NCBI GenBank assembly: GCA_038087875.1
Contig: JAXLNO010000270.1
Coordinates: 186,001 to 250,000, forward strand
DNA: 64,000 nucleotides
Direction of reading: 5' to 3'
DNA from: Malacoraja senta
Taxonomy: Eukaryota
Shown: positions 23,500 to 34,399 of the stretch, piece after piece
How the letters are laid out: each line of letters starts with the position of its first letter
Numbering within the stretch: the first letter of the stretch is position 1
Translations under genes and position numbers: made by a program
The notes under the pieces: model-generated
Database searches by the model: none
What the model was told of the DNA's origin: nothing
What the model saw: only the letters and a program-made list of their open reading frames with translations

Positions 23500-25880
23500 G
23501 GGACGTGGGGGTATCAAATTTGAATTGTAAGTGTGTCGTTAAATGGAAAAAGATTGCAGGAAATGATACAGAAGTCTCCAGAATTAACGGGACAGAAAGT
23601 TTAAGAAGGGATAAGAGAGTGTCTGGTAAAATCGGGACCGGTGTGAGATGGGAGGAGAACACTAAATGAAATGTGTTGTATTTCAATTTGCGCAGCATAA
23701 GAAATAAAGTGGATGAGCTTGTGGAATAGTTAGAAATTGGTAGGTATGATGTTGTCGGCATTACAGAGACGTGGCTGCAAGAGGGTCGGAGCTGGTAGCT
23801 GAAACTTCAAGGTTTTACGAGCTATCGGAAGGACAGACCTTTGGACAGAATGGGTGGTGTTGCACTGCTGGTTAGGAATGAAATTCAGTGCTTAACGAAG
23901 GATGGTTTCAGCGGATGCCGAGTCATTGTCGATGGAGCTGCGAAATTCTACGGGTAAACATACCCGAATGGGAGTTATTAACAGGCTCTCAGTATGCAGG
24001 ATATCGGGAGCCAGGATATAGGACACAAGTTGCACCAGGAGACATAATTGGCATGTAAGAAAGGCAATGCTACGGTGGTCATGGGAGATTTCTATTTGCA
24101 GGTAGTCTGAGGACAGCAGATTGGTACTGGACCCCAAAACAGGGAATTTTTTGAATGCCTCCGAGATGGATTCTGATACAGTTTGCCGTGGAGCCTACTA
24201 GGCTAACGGCAATTCTGGATTCAGTGTAGTGTGATGAACCAGATTTGATAAGGGATCTCAAGGTAAAGGAACCACCAGGAGGTAGCCACGACAACATGAT
24301 AACTTTTAACCTGTAATTTGAGAGGGACAAGGATAAAACGGATGTGTCAGTATTGCAAATAAGCCAAGGGACTACAGAGGTATGAGGGAAGAGCTGGCAA
24401 AAGTTGAGTGGAAAGGGACCATAGCAGGGTTGGCGGTGTAACAGAAATGGCATGACATTCTGGGAATAATTCGGATGATTCACGATATTTTTTATTTCAA
24501 AGAGGAGGAAAGGTTATTGGGGAGCAAGAGGCGACCGTGGCTGACTAGAAAAATAAAGGTCCGAAAATACAACTAAAACTAAGAAGACATATAACATTGG
24601 AGAGGTTTGTGGGAAGCAAGAGTATTGGAAAGCTTTTAAAGAATAATAGAAGGTAACTACAAAGGCAGTAAGGGGAGAAAAGATTAAAGACAACGGTTAG
24701 CAGCTAATAATTTCAAAGATCATGGTAAGTTTCTTCAGTTATCTAAATAGCAAGAAACAAGAAGAGTGGACATTTTACCGCTGGAAAATAATGCCGAAGA
24801 AGTGATAATCGGGAATAAAGAAATGGCAGAGGATTTTAAGAACTTTTTTGCCTCAATCTTCGCAGAGGAGAAACAAGCAATGTGCCTGAAATTCAAGATA
24901 TTCTTGGGGTGGAAGTTAGAGGAGTGGCTATTACTGGGGAGAAGGTGCCAGGAAGCTGAAAGACTGAAGGTGGATAAGGCACCTGAACCTCTTTGACAGA
25001 GAATGTGGAGGCATTAATAGTGATATTTCAAGAATCACTATACACAGGAGTGGTCCAAAATGATTGGAGAATTGCCAATATTACCCACTACTCAAAACGG
25101 AGCAAGGCAGAAAATGGGAACAATATGCCGGTTAGTCTGACTTCGGTGGTTGGTTAGATTTTAAAATCCATTATAAATGATGAGGTTACGGAGTGTGACG
25201 AGGAGAACTTTCTTAAGTCAGAGTGCGGTGAATATGTGGTTATTTGCAACAGAAGGCTGCAGAGGACAAATGAGTAGATATGTTTACGACAGAGATAGAT
25301 AGATATTTGTTTAGTAAATGTGTCAGATGTTACGGCAAGAAGGCATGAGAATGGGGTTCGGAAGAAGAGGCAGATCAGCCATGATTGAATGGCGGAGTAG
25401 ACTTGATATGCCGAATGGCCTAATACTACTCCTATCATGTGATGACGGTTTCACGGCTGCGGGCTAATACTCGCTGGAGTTTAGTCGGATGAGGGGGAAA
25501 CTTACCGAATAGTGAAAGGCCAGGATAGATTGATGTGGAGAGGACGTTTCCTCGTGTGGAAGTGTCTTGGATAATATGGTACAGCGTCAAAATAAAAGGA
25601 CCTACCTTTAGGAAGGAGATGGAGAGGTATTTCTTTGGTCAGAGGATGGCGAATCTGTGGAATTTGTTGCCACAGAAGGTGATGGAGTCCATTAATTGAT
25701 ATTTGTTATGCGGCGATAGGCAGATATTTATTTGCATTGTCCGTATGTCGGGGTTATGTAGAAAATGCAGCAGAATTAGATTGAAAGGGAAGGATAGAAC
25801 AATCATGATCGAATGGCGGAGTAGATTTGATGGGCCGAATGGCCAAATTCTGGCACTATTACTTTAGGACGTATGAGCAA
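23500..25880 (+). mobile_element. Degenerate CR1 ORF2 and 3' end, mosaic of fragments
   Basis: Frameshifted APE motifs (SIRNKVDEL, GITETWL, VMGDF), then ccggttagtctgacttcggtgg and CR1 3' UTR pieces. Confidence 0.75.
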
Positions 25881-27203
25881 TAGAGACGGATGTTAAATCA
25901 CTGCATCCATTTTAACTGCACTTCGCAAGCAAGGTTTTGGAATCTTCTTTCGTTTCCTATGTTTATCTATCTATGTTTCAAATGTTCGGTCAGGCTCTCG
26001 CGTAGTGGACAGTCTTCTCGTTTGCCACCGCTACATCTTCCAGGCAGCATTGTTCACCAAGAAGTTGGCATCTTAGTAGGTGTGACATGGATTGTACAGA
26101 TGTTCCACATTCACATTCTGTGTCTGCCGCACCCGCATAGCCCCAATTGCTCATATTGGTCTTGCACGAAGCCTATTGAGGGATTTCCAGGTCAGTGAGG
26201 TGAGAGCGAGCAGGAGGATAGTTGTGTACGAAAAAAAGATATGGGGAAGACAGGAATATCAAAGTGAGAGCAGGAGGAGCTGAGCAAAAGAGGGAGAGAT
26301 GGAGGACGAGTGATGAACTATCTCAGAGATATTGCGATCATGAAAAGAGAGGGGAGTTCAGAGTGACTGGGTGGGGCAAAGGCAGAGAGAGAAGGATCAG
26401 AGTTATACAGCGATAGCGAGGGAGGAATGAAGTGAGAGTGGGAGGGGAAGGGGAAGAGATAGATAGACAGAGAGCGGGAGGCAGAGATGGAGCATATACA
26501 GGGCAGGGGCGAGAGTAACAGTTCCGAGAGAGTGACAGCACGAAGGATGGAGTAATGGGGAAGAAAGGAGCTGTGCTGCCGTTTTAACTACGTTTAGGAC
26601 AATTCTGTGGCGGCAATGTTTCTGTTCTCTGTCGTGAGTACTTGGGACGTTCCTCCGCGAAGGGGATTGACCCAGGACAAAGTCAAGAACATTCGAGGAA
26701 AGCAAGGAGTGACTAGGGTCAACGGTAGTGAGGGGTTGAGATTACAGTCGGGTGAGCCGCGATAATAATGAATGGTGCAGCAGAGTAGAGGGGTCATTTT
26801 AGTCCGAGACGAACTGGTGAACGTATTCCTCAACCTGTGGACATAGTTCACCGAGCACATCAGCAAACTGGGCACCAAAAGCCCTGAGAGGGTCCCAGGA
26901 ATTCGGGATTGCCTGTCTGAGTGAAGCGGATTGAATGGAATCAGCCAAACAACATGAGGTGGAGAGTTGGATCTGATGGAGTTTGAAACAATATCCCCTT
27001 TGTTGGAACAATGCCGCTCCCAATTGCATACTTTCGCATCGCCACAATTTCCAGTCCTTGGAGTTTCGCAATCAATTCCCTGAACTATATACAACCTGTC
27101 ACAACGGGGATTTCACTTTGCTGATGTCATCTGTTTATGAATAATTGCAAAATCTCTATTTTTAATTCTGTTGAACATTTGTCCCGGTGGAGACGTTGAG
27201 TGC

Positions 27204-27210
27204 TATAAAA
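27204..27210 (+). promoter_or_regulatory. Putative TATA box of the GPCR gene
   Basis: TATAAAA about 70 bp upstream of the candidate ATG at 27274. Confidence 0.4.
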
Positions 27211-27273
27211 TCTCCGGGAATCTCCAACATTTCATTCCGAGATACCACGGGGACGCGTCGCTGGGCATAGACT

Positions 27274-28981
27274 ATGTGGGAAAAAGTTTGGGAATATTAC
27301 AGTGTTGGGAAAATATTATGCGTGATCATTGTTGGCGTTGGAGTCCCTGATAAGTGAGCAGAACAATTCAAGTTTCAAGTGTGTTAACCTGCATTGAACT
27401 GATTTTAATCAAGTTACAAGCTTCTCAATTGATTCTTTGGTACAATAAAGTCAGTGCTCGGGAGAGGCAGCATTTTGGGGCGGTGTGAAATTTACTGTGT
27501 CTGAGTTAATGATCAGCGTGAACACCCGCTCCTCTGAACACGTCTCTCTAGTCTATTGAGTCTGTCTCAGACGTATTCCACCGCCTGTTGGTCAATAATT
27601 GCATCGAGCACCTGAGGCAGTGGCCGCGGATCCACCGCGTGTGCTGTTACCGAACTAAAGTCACTGTGGAATGAATCCATTAACGGAGCCACTCTGCTGC
27701 CGGATTCTAAGTTTACCCTGCCTTCCTCGTCCCCATCAGATGGCCTGTAACCAGAGTGCTGGTTAAACAAGGCCGCTCACGGTGAAGTCTGTGAAACCCG
27801 TCCCATCGGAGGCTGTGAGCCACGTTAACTATAGAAAGGACCATTCCACCTGTTGTATCGTGTTCCTTCTCTGCCCTTTACATCGCACGTCGCCTTATTT
27901 CTTCTCCCCTGAACCCGGCTGGTCGGGGAGGCGGGGTCAGGTCTGACATTATTAAACTTGCAGCCACGCACCGACTACAATACTCATGATCTGTAGCTGA
28001 ATGTTGGGCCGTTGTTTAGCCCTGGAGAGCGTGTTCAGTAATGCCCAGTGTCCGTTCCCTTCTTTTTCTACAGTGAATTTAGTGGCGATTGTGATCCTGT
28101 CCCGGGGAAAATGCGGCCTCTCCATCTGCACCACTCGCTACCTGGTGGCCATGGCAGCGGCCGATCTACTGGTTCTTATCACTGAGGTCATTTTGTATCG
28201 TCTCCGATATCATTACTTTTATTGGAGCTTCCTGACTATCTACCCTATGTGCAGTGTTAGCGCTGTACTGCGCTTTGCGGCTGCAGATTGTTCTGTCTGA
28301 TTCACCGTTACTTTCACCTTTGATCGGTTTGTCGCCATTTGTTGCCAGAAGCTGAAAACTAAATATTGCAGCGGGAAAACTGCGGCTGCGGTTCTCTCAA
28401 CAGCCGGGGTTCTGCTCTGTCTGAAAAATATTCCCCGCTATTTCACACGGAAACCCTGGAGAATCATCGATAAGGTCCCGTGGGCCTGTGACATGAGGGA
28501 CAGTTATTTTACTGACCCCGGGTGGGTGGCATTTGACTGGCTCGAAACGGTTTTAACGCCGCTCCTCCCTTTCGCTGTAATCTTGCTGCTCAACACTCTG
28601 ACAGTCCGGCACATTTTAGTGGCCAGTCGGGTCCGTAAGGGTCTGAGGGGTGAGAGCAAGCGGGAGAACCGCAGGGACCCGGAGATGGAGAGCAGGAAGA
28701 GGTCTGTGGTTTTACTCTTCGCCGTTTCCGGCAACTTCGTCCTCCTGTGGCTGACGTTTGTTGTAGAATTCGTCTATTATCAGATCACAGGAACTGGAAA
28801 TGATATGAATGCTTCTGAATCGATCTTTAGCAACGTCGGGGCTTTGCTGAGTGATCTCAGTTGCTGCACGAACACATTTATTTACGCAGCGACCCAGTCC
28901 AAGTTCAGGGAACAGGTGAAGAGCGCGGTGAAATATCCGTTCACCTCAGTGCTACGGCTCATTAATAAATCCGCGCCATGA
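27274..28981 (+). pseudogene. GPR139-like: Two-exon class A GPCR pseudogene, GPR139-like (exon 1 27274-27349, exon 2 28074-28981; 327 codons if repaired)
   Basis: Exon 1 MWEKVWEYYSVGKILCVIIVGVGVP joins in phase 1 to VNLVAIVILSRGKCGLS..YLVAMAAADLL..SV*FTVTFTFDRFVAICC..LTPLLPF..NTLTVRHI..CCTNTFIY. Acceptor tttctacag at 28065-28073. Donor reads ATAAGT rather than GTAAGT. In-frame TGA at 28298-28300. Confidence 0.85.
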
Positions 28982-29059
28982 GCGCACCGCTGAGGCGGCC
29001 GTAGTCTATCCGCTCCGTGCTCCGGCTCTTGACATGCACTACACCCAAATTCCAATCAC

Positions 29060-29380
29060 CCCGTCTCCCTTCGCAGTCGGGACCGTCCTTTGGTAAAGTA
29101 CGCCCTGGGACTAATCGACCCATCAGCCTCCACACTGGGGACCTGTCTCCGGTAAACTAGACTCTGGGACCAATGGTTCAATCTCCCTCCGCAGTGGCCT
29201 TTTGTAAACTCCACCCCGGAACCAATCTTCCCTTCTCCACCCTGGGATCAATCGTGACATCGCCGCCGCGGGGGACTCGTCTGGGGTAAACTCCACCCAG
29301 GGACCAATGGTCCCAACAGCCTCCGCGGTGGGGACAGGTCTGTGGTAAACTCCACCCTGGGATCAACCATTCCATCTCCT
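29060..29380. repeat. Degenerate ~59-bp minisatellite
   Basis: Recurring ggtaaactccaccctgggaccaat-like core near 29092, 29151, 29203, 29285 and 29344. Confidence 0.65.
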
Positions 29381-30792
29381 TCTGTGGTTCAGATCTGCCT
29401 GTTGAACGTGGTCCATCTACAAAAACCTTCGCAAGAATTAATGTTCTTCCTCCCACTTGTGACTGGTTAGTCCGGTGTGCCCATCCCCCATGGACCACTG
29501 TCCGTTCTCCCTCCTGAGGGTGGTGTGGGGAGAGGGAGCGGAAGCGTGAGGAATGTGGGGAGGTTTGAGGAAGGCTGAGGGGACAGAGAGATAGCGGAGG
29601 GATTCAAAGAGGAGAGGGAGAGTGTGGACGGCGAGGAGGAGGGGAGAGAGGTAGAGGAGGAGGCGTGGTGCAGGGGGGGGTTAATAATGGGGAGCGGGAG
29701 GAGAGGAGAGATCGCAGAGGACGAGGGGAAAGAGGAAAAGCAGGAGGGAAGAGAGGGAGAGGAGGAGTGTTGAGTGAGAGAAGCGGGTGGATAGATACAG
29801 AGGTGGACGGAGAGGGAGATGGGGAGACAGCTGGGAAAGAGGGAGAGGTGGAGGGAAATTAGGAAGTGTCATGTTCAGAGGGGAAGACGAGCGGTGAGTG
29901 GGAGCAGTGTGCTGGAAAGGGAGGTAAATAAGGGCAAGGATGGAGCGATGTTGCGGGAGCGCAGGAAGAAAATGGGATTGGTGGTACGCGGAAAGAACGG
30001 GAGCGTGGGGAAAGGTGTTACTAGAGAGGAGGATGAGAGGAGGGTAAGAGGGGGCAGGGAGTGTGGGCTGAGAGAGGGGAATGTCTGGAGAGAATGAGTG
30101 ATGAGTGTGAGGAGAGAGAGAAGCGAATGTGGGGTGAGAAGTGTAAGACTGGGAGAGAGATAGAGATGAATTCCGAGAGAGAGGAGGAGATTTGAAGTGC
30201 GATGGCGAGAGTAGTGTGGGGACAAAGATGGGGAATAAGGGTGGGGAGAGAGGCGGGGTGGAGAGAGAGAGTTTTGTAAATGTGCTGAGATTGGATGGAA
30301 TGTGGGGAGAGAGGGGGGAGTGGGGAAAGGGAGAGGGGGGAGTGTGAGGAGGCAGATAGGATCGGGGGAGGGGAGGACTGTGGAGAAAATAAGGAATGTA
30401 TGAAGAGTTGGGGAGAAGGGGTGAGAGGGTGTCTGAGAGGTGAGTGGGGGAGATTAAAATGGTTGTGTAGGAGAGGACGGAGCACGATCAGAGAGAGGTT
30501 GATGGGAGAGGTGGAAGGGTTAGACGGAGACCGAGAGGGAGAGAAGATGAGAGGGAGATTTGGAGAGGGAGATAAGGGAAAGGATTGAGTGATGTTATCG
30601 AGAGAGCCATAGGGGAATGAAAACCGGGTGTGGGAAGAGGGGGAGAGGGGTCAGAGGGCCGGAGTGGGGAGAGTGAGGGGGGTTGAGGGGACAGATGGGG
30701 AGGAATGTGCGCAGAGAGGGGAGCACATCGTGGGGAGAGAGTGGGGGGTGTGGGGAGAGAGACGTAGGAGTACGCGGAGAGAGGGGGAGTTA

Positions 30793-31561
30793 TCCGGAAG
30801 TGGCGGCGCTGCCCAAACGGCTGCGGCTCGCCTGCAGTCCTTCCTTGTCCTTCCTTTTTTTGTTTTGTTTTTGTGTTGTTAGATGTATGTTTTAGTCTAT
30901 TTTTCGTTGTGTATATGTGTGGTGGTGGGGAAAACCTGTCTTAATCCCTTCCTTCAATGGGGATGCGACCTTTTCCTTGTCGTATCTCTGTCTCCGTCTG
31001 CACTGACGCCTAATATCTTGGAGCTGGCGGCCTCCAACTGGAATCGATCTTGGGGGCGGCGGTGGCAGAGCCTGTGGACTCACCATCGCGGAACTGGCTG
31101 ACTTCGGGGGCTGTGGTGGCGCTGTGGCTCCGACCCGACTTCGGAGCAGGGGAGACATCGGCCGCGGGCCTTGTGGACGGTAACATCGGAGCTCGCAGGT
31201 CTCTGGTTGGTGACCAATTTTCGGGAGCTCCCGCGGCGGCAGCTTCGTCCACCGCGAGTCGCGGAATGTCAATCGGCCCGTTCGTGGAGCTTAAAATCGG
31301 CCGCGGAATTTACCATCGCCCGGCGGGTGCTTCAACATCGAGAACCTCGATCGCCTCGACGCAGCGGGAGAATAAGCAAGGAAGAGATAAGACTTTTTCC
31401 TTCCATCGCAGTGACGAGGTGCCTGGACATTCACTGTGATGGATGTTTGTGTTACATTGTGTTGATTGTGTGTTTTGTTGTTTGTTTTCTGTCATGACTG
31501 CATGGAGCGAAATTGCATTCAAACTTCTTTGATTGACAATAAAGGAAATTCAATTCAATTC
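30793..31561 (+). mobile_element. GC-rich non-autonomous retroposon with AATAAA and (TTCAA)n tail
   Basis: Sharp boundaries inside the GA tract. Starts TCCGGAAGTGGCGGCG and ends gacaataaaggaaattcaattcaattc. Body resembles 50277-51057 and 57830-58225. Confidence 0.65.
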
Positions 31562-32844
31562 TAGAGCAGGAGGGGGGGGTGGGAAATTGGGAAACAAGTA
31601 GAAGTGCGAGGTGGAGAGTGGAGGAGTGAGGGGTGCGAAGGGAGTGGGAGGCATGTGGGAGAGAGAGGGGAGGAGATTGGGTAAAAGGACTGTGGGGAGA
31701 AGTGACTTGTGTAGAGAGAGAGAACGGGGGAAGAGATTGCGGAGACCAAGATGGAGACGGTGCAGAGAGGGGGGAAGTTGTGTGGAGAGGGTGTGTGTAG
31801 ACAAAAGAGGAAAAGTGTTCGGATGTTACAAGGACTGTGGGGCGAAGGGAGGGTGAGGAGATGGGGGAAGTGGGATGAGATAGGGATTGGGAATAAAAAT
31901 TGGGAGAAGTATGCGGAGAGCGAGCGGTGGTGGGAGGAAGGTTAGGAGGTGGCACAGAGACGGGAAATGTGGGCAGAGAAGAAGTGGGGGGAGAGAATAG
32001 GGTTCGAGTGGCGTGATAAAGGACGAATGTGTGAATGTGGATGGGAGGAGTGTGGGGAGAGGATGTGTTTGTTCAGAGTTGGAGAGTAGTAAGAGAGGTG
32101 GAGGAGTGGGCAGAGAGAGAGAGAGGGGAGTGTACGGAGAGAGAGTGCAGGTGTGTGCGAATGGGGAGTGAGCAGGAGGCGTGTGGGGGGAGAAAGGTGG
32201 AGGAGTGGGGGATAGTAATTGGAAGGAACTTGGGGAGAGAGAGGTGAAGTCGTGTAGGGAGAGAAAGAGGAAGGAGTGTGGGGAGATGGGAGGAGTGTGT
32301 GGCGGGAGCGTGGCGTGATGGAACGGAGAGGAAGAGGGGATAAGTGGAGGTGGAGTAGAGCGAGGAAGTAAGCTGACGGGGAGAGCGAGTGAAGGGAAAC
32401 TATGGAGCGATGATTCGGGGAGAGCGGGAGTGGAATGGGAATGGGGGGTATGGGGACAGATGGGGAATAGGAGTGAGAAGACGGAGGTCCGGAAGCTTGG
32501 TTAAGACACTGAGTCGGTGAATGGGGGTACGAAATAAAGCAGTGGGGAGAAAGAGGGACGGGGAGTGTGGAGAGAGGGACAGATTAGTGGGGAGAGAGCT
32601 CGCCGAGAATGGGGAGAACGGACGAGCGTGGGGAGAGAGTGTGCAAGGAGTGGGGAGAGACAGAGGTGGGGTGGGGAGAGGGTGTGTAGGAGCGCTAAAG
32701 GATGGGCACGTGGAGGGCTGGAGGTGGTGGTGGGAGAGAGGGTCAGAAGATTGTTGGGAGGAGTCAGATTCAGAGGAGTTGAGGAGAGACAGAGGAGTGG
32801 GGAGAGAGGGGTGGATGAATGAGAGGAAGATATGTCATAGGGTC

Positions 32845-33080
32845 AGAGTCATAGAGAGATACAGTTGGAAACGGGCCATTCGATCCAAATTTCCCACACG
32901 GACAAATATGTTCCAGCTACATTAGTCCCACTTGCCTGCGTTAGGTCCATATCCCTCCAAACGTGTCCTATACGTGTCCTATACGTGTACCTGTCTAATT
33001 GTTTCTTAATCTTTTGTGATAGTTCCAATTCCAACCTCAACTTCCTCCTCTGGCAGCTTGTTCCATATACCCACCACTCT
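32845..33080 (-). mobile_element. 5'-truncated CR1 3' end
   Basis: catagagagatacag..ggccattcg..tccatatccctccaaac matches the reverse complement of CR1 3' ends at 12640-12770. Confidence 0.7.
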
Positions 33081-34399
33081 TTGTGTGTTTGTGCTGTTGT
33101 GGGTTTGTGCTGTGTATTTGCGTGACGGTCAGGCAATTGCGGGTAGAAAAGGCCAGTGGAGGGGGGAGAGGGCTGCTGGAGGGGCAGAAAGTGCCGCACG
33201 AGTAGGATAAAGAGGGCCGTAGCATTGTGGAGGGAGGCGGCAAGAGGAGATGGGGTGGGGTGGGTTGCATGTTTGGAGGATAGAGGGCCAAATTACTGGG
33301 GAAAGAGAGGGCCGGGGTAGGTGGAGAGAGGGCCGAATAAGTGGGGAGAAAGGGCTGGAGGAGTGGGTACGAATGTCGGAGTAGAGTGGAAAGAGAGTGT
33401 CGGAGGAGTGCGGGATGGAGAGCTGGAGGAGTGGTGTGTCGTGTGAGGGTGGAATCTGAGTGAGATGGGCTAAGGTATGTTGGGAGAGAGGGCCTAGTGG
33501 GGAAACTATCGTCTGTGGAATCGGTGAGGAGAGGGGGATGAGGAGCGGAGGCGCTAGTGTAGGGGGATAGAGAGGTATGGAGGAGGTAAAGTGAAGGCTT
33601 GGGGAAGGGGAGTGAGTGGGCTGCAGGGGGAGTAATGAAGGCTGGAGGAATGGGCAGGAGGGAGCTGGAGGAGGGAAGAGAAAAAGTAGAATGGGAGAGA
33701 GAGAGGGTTGGAGGAGGGGTAGAGAGAGGGCTGGTAGGGAAAAAGTTATGTAGGCGGGAAGAAAGAGGGCTAGAGGAGGGGGGTAGGGACTGTAGGAGGG
33801 GGAGTGAGTGGGCTGGAGGAGGAGTGAGGGCGGCAGAATTGATGAATGGGGAGAGAGAACGTTGGAGCAGTGTGGGTTGGAAGAGTTGGGGAGAGAGTGC
33901 TGGAAGAGGATGGAGAGGGCCTGGGAGGAAATATAGTAGCAATGTTACAACAGTTTGAGATTTTTTAAATCAAGTTTGCAGTTTATCCCATCAGATAAAG
34001 CATAAAAAGATGTTTAATTTGACACCTAATTTACTATTATTTCTCGAGTATTAAAAAAAGTTATGGCCATTTTCATACTCGAAATTAGCATCTTGTTCCC
34101 TATTGCTTTTCCATTGACAACACAAAAGCTGTGATCGAGGACAGTCAAAAGCCCATAACTTTCTTAAAAATTAAGAGCTGAATGAAATTTTCGGTTATGA
34201 TAGAGTGAAGCATTATGAACCAAATATGAAACATCTTACTTGGATGACCGGAAATTAAAGCATACAATTAGTTAATTACCTAATTGTAGTTAATTACAAA
34301 ATTGACCGTTCTGACGGAAATAGTAATAAACCCCAAGACTGCCTTGAAAATTCAAAAATGTGATATTCTCAAGATCAAAATTTTAATTTTATTGTATTA

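Larger units (their letters stand above)
29520..33930 (+). repeat. Long strand-biased G/A-rich low-complexity tract interrupted by two retroposons
   Basis: Plus strand dominated by GGAG/GAGAG/GTGG words. ORFs here are low-complexity G/E/R-rich or P/S/L-rich. Confidence 0.85.

Noticed and set aside
25985..26960. Segments with splice-like boundaries upstream of the GPCR
   Set aside because: They contain stops and no recognisable protein, so they cannot be supported without a search.
28298..28300. In-frame TGA in the GPCR as selenocysteine or programmed readthrough
   Set aside because: It sits where Trp (TGG) is expected, the splice donor is also mutated, and I saw no SECIS-like element. Pseudogenisation is simpler.
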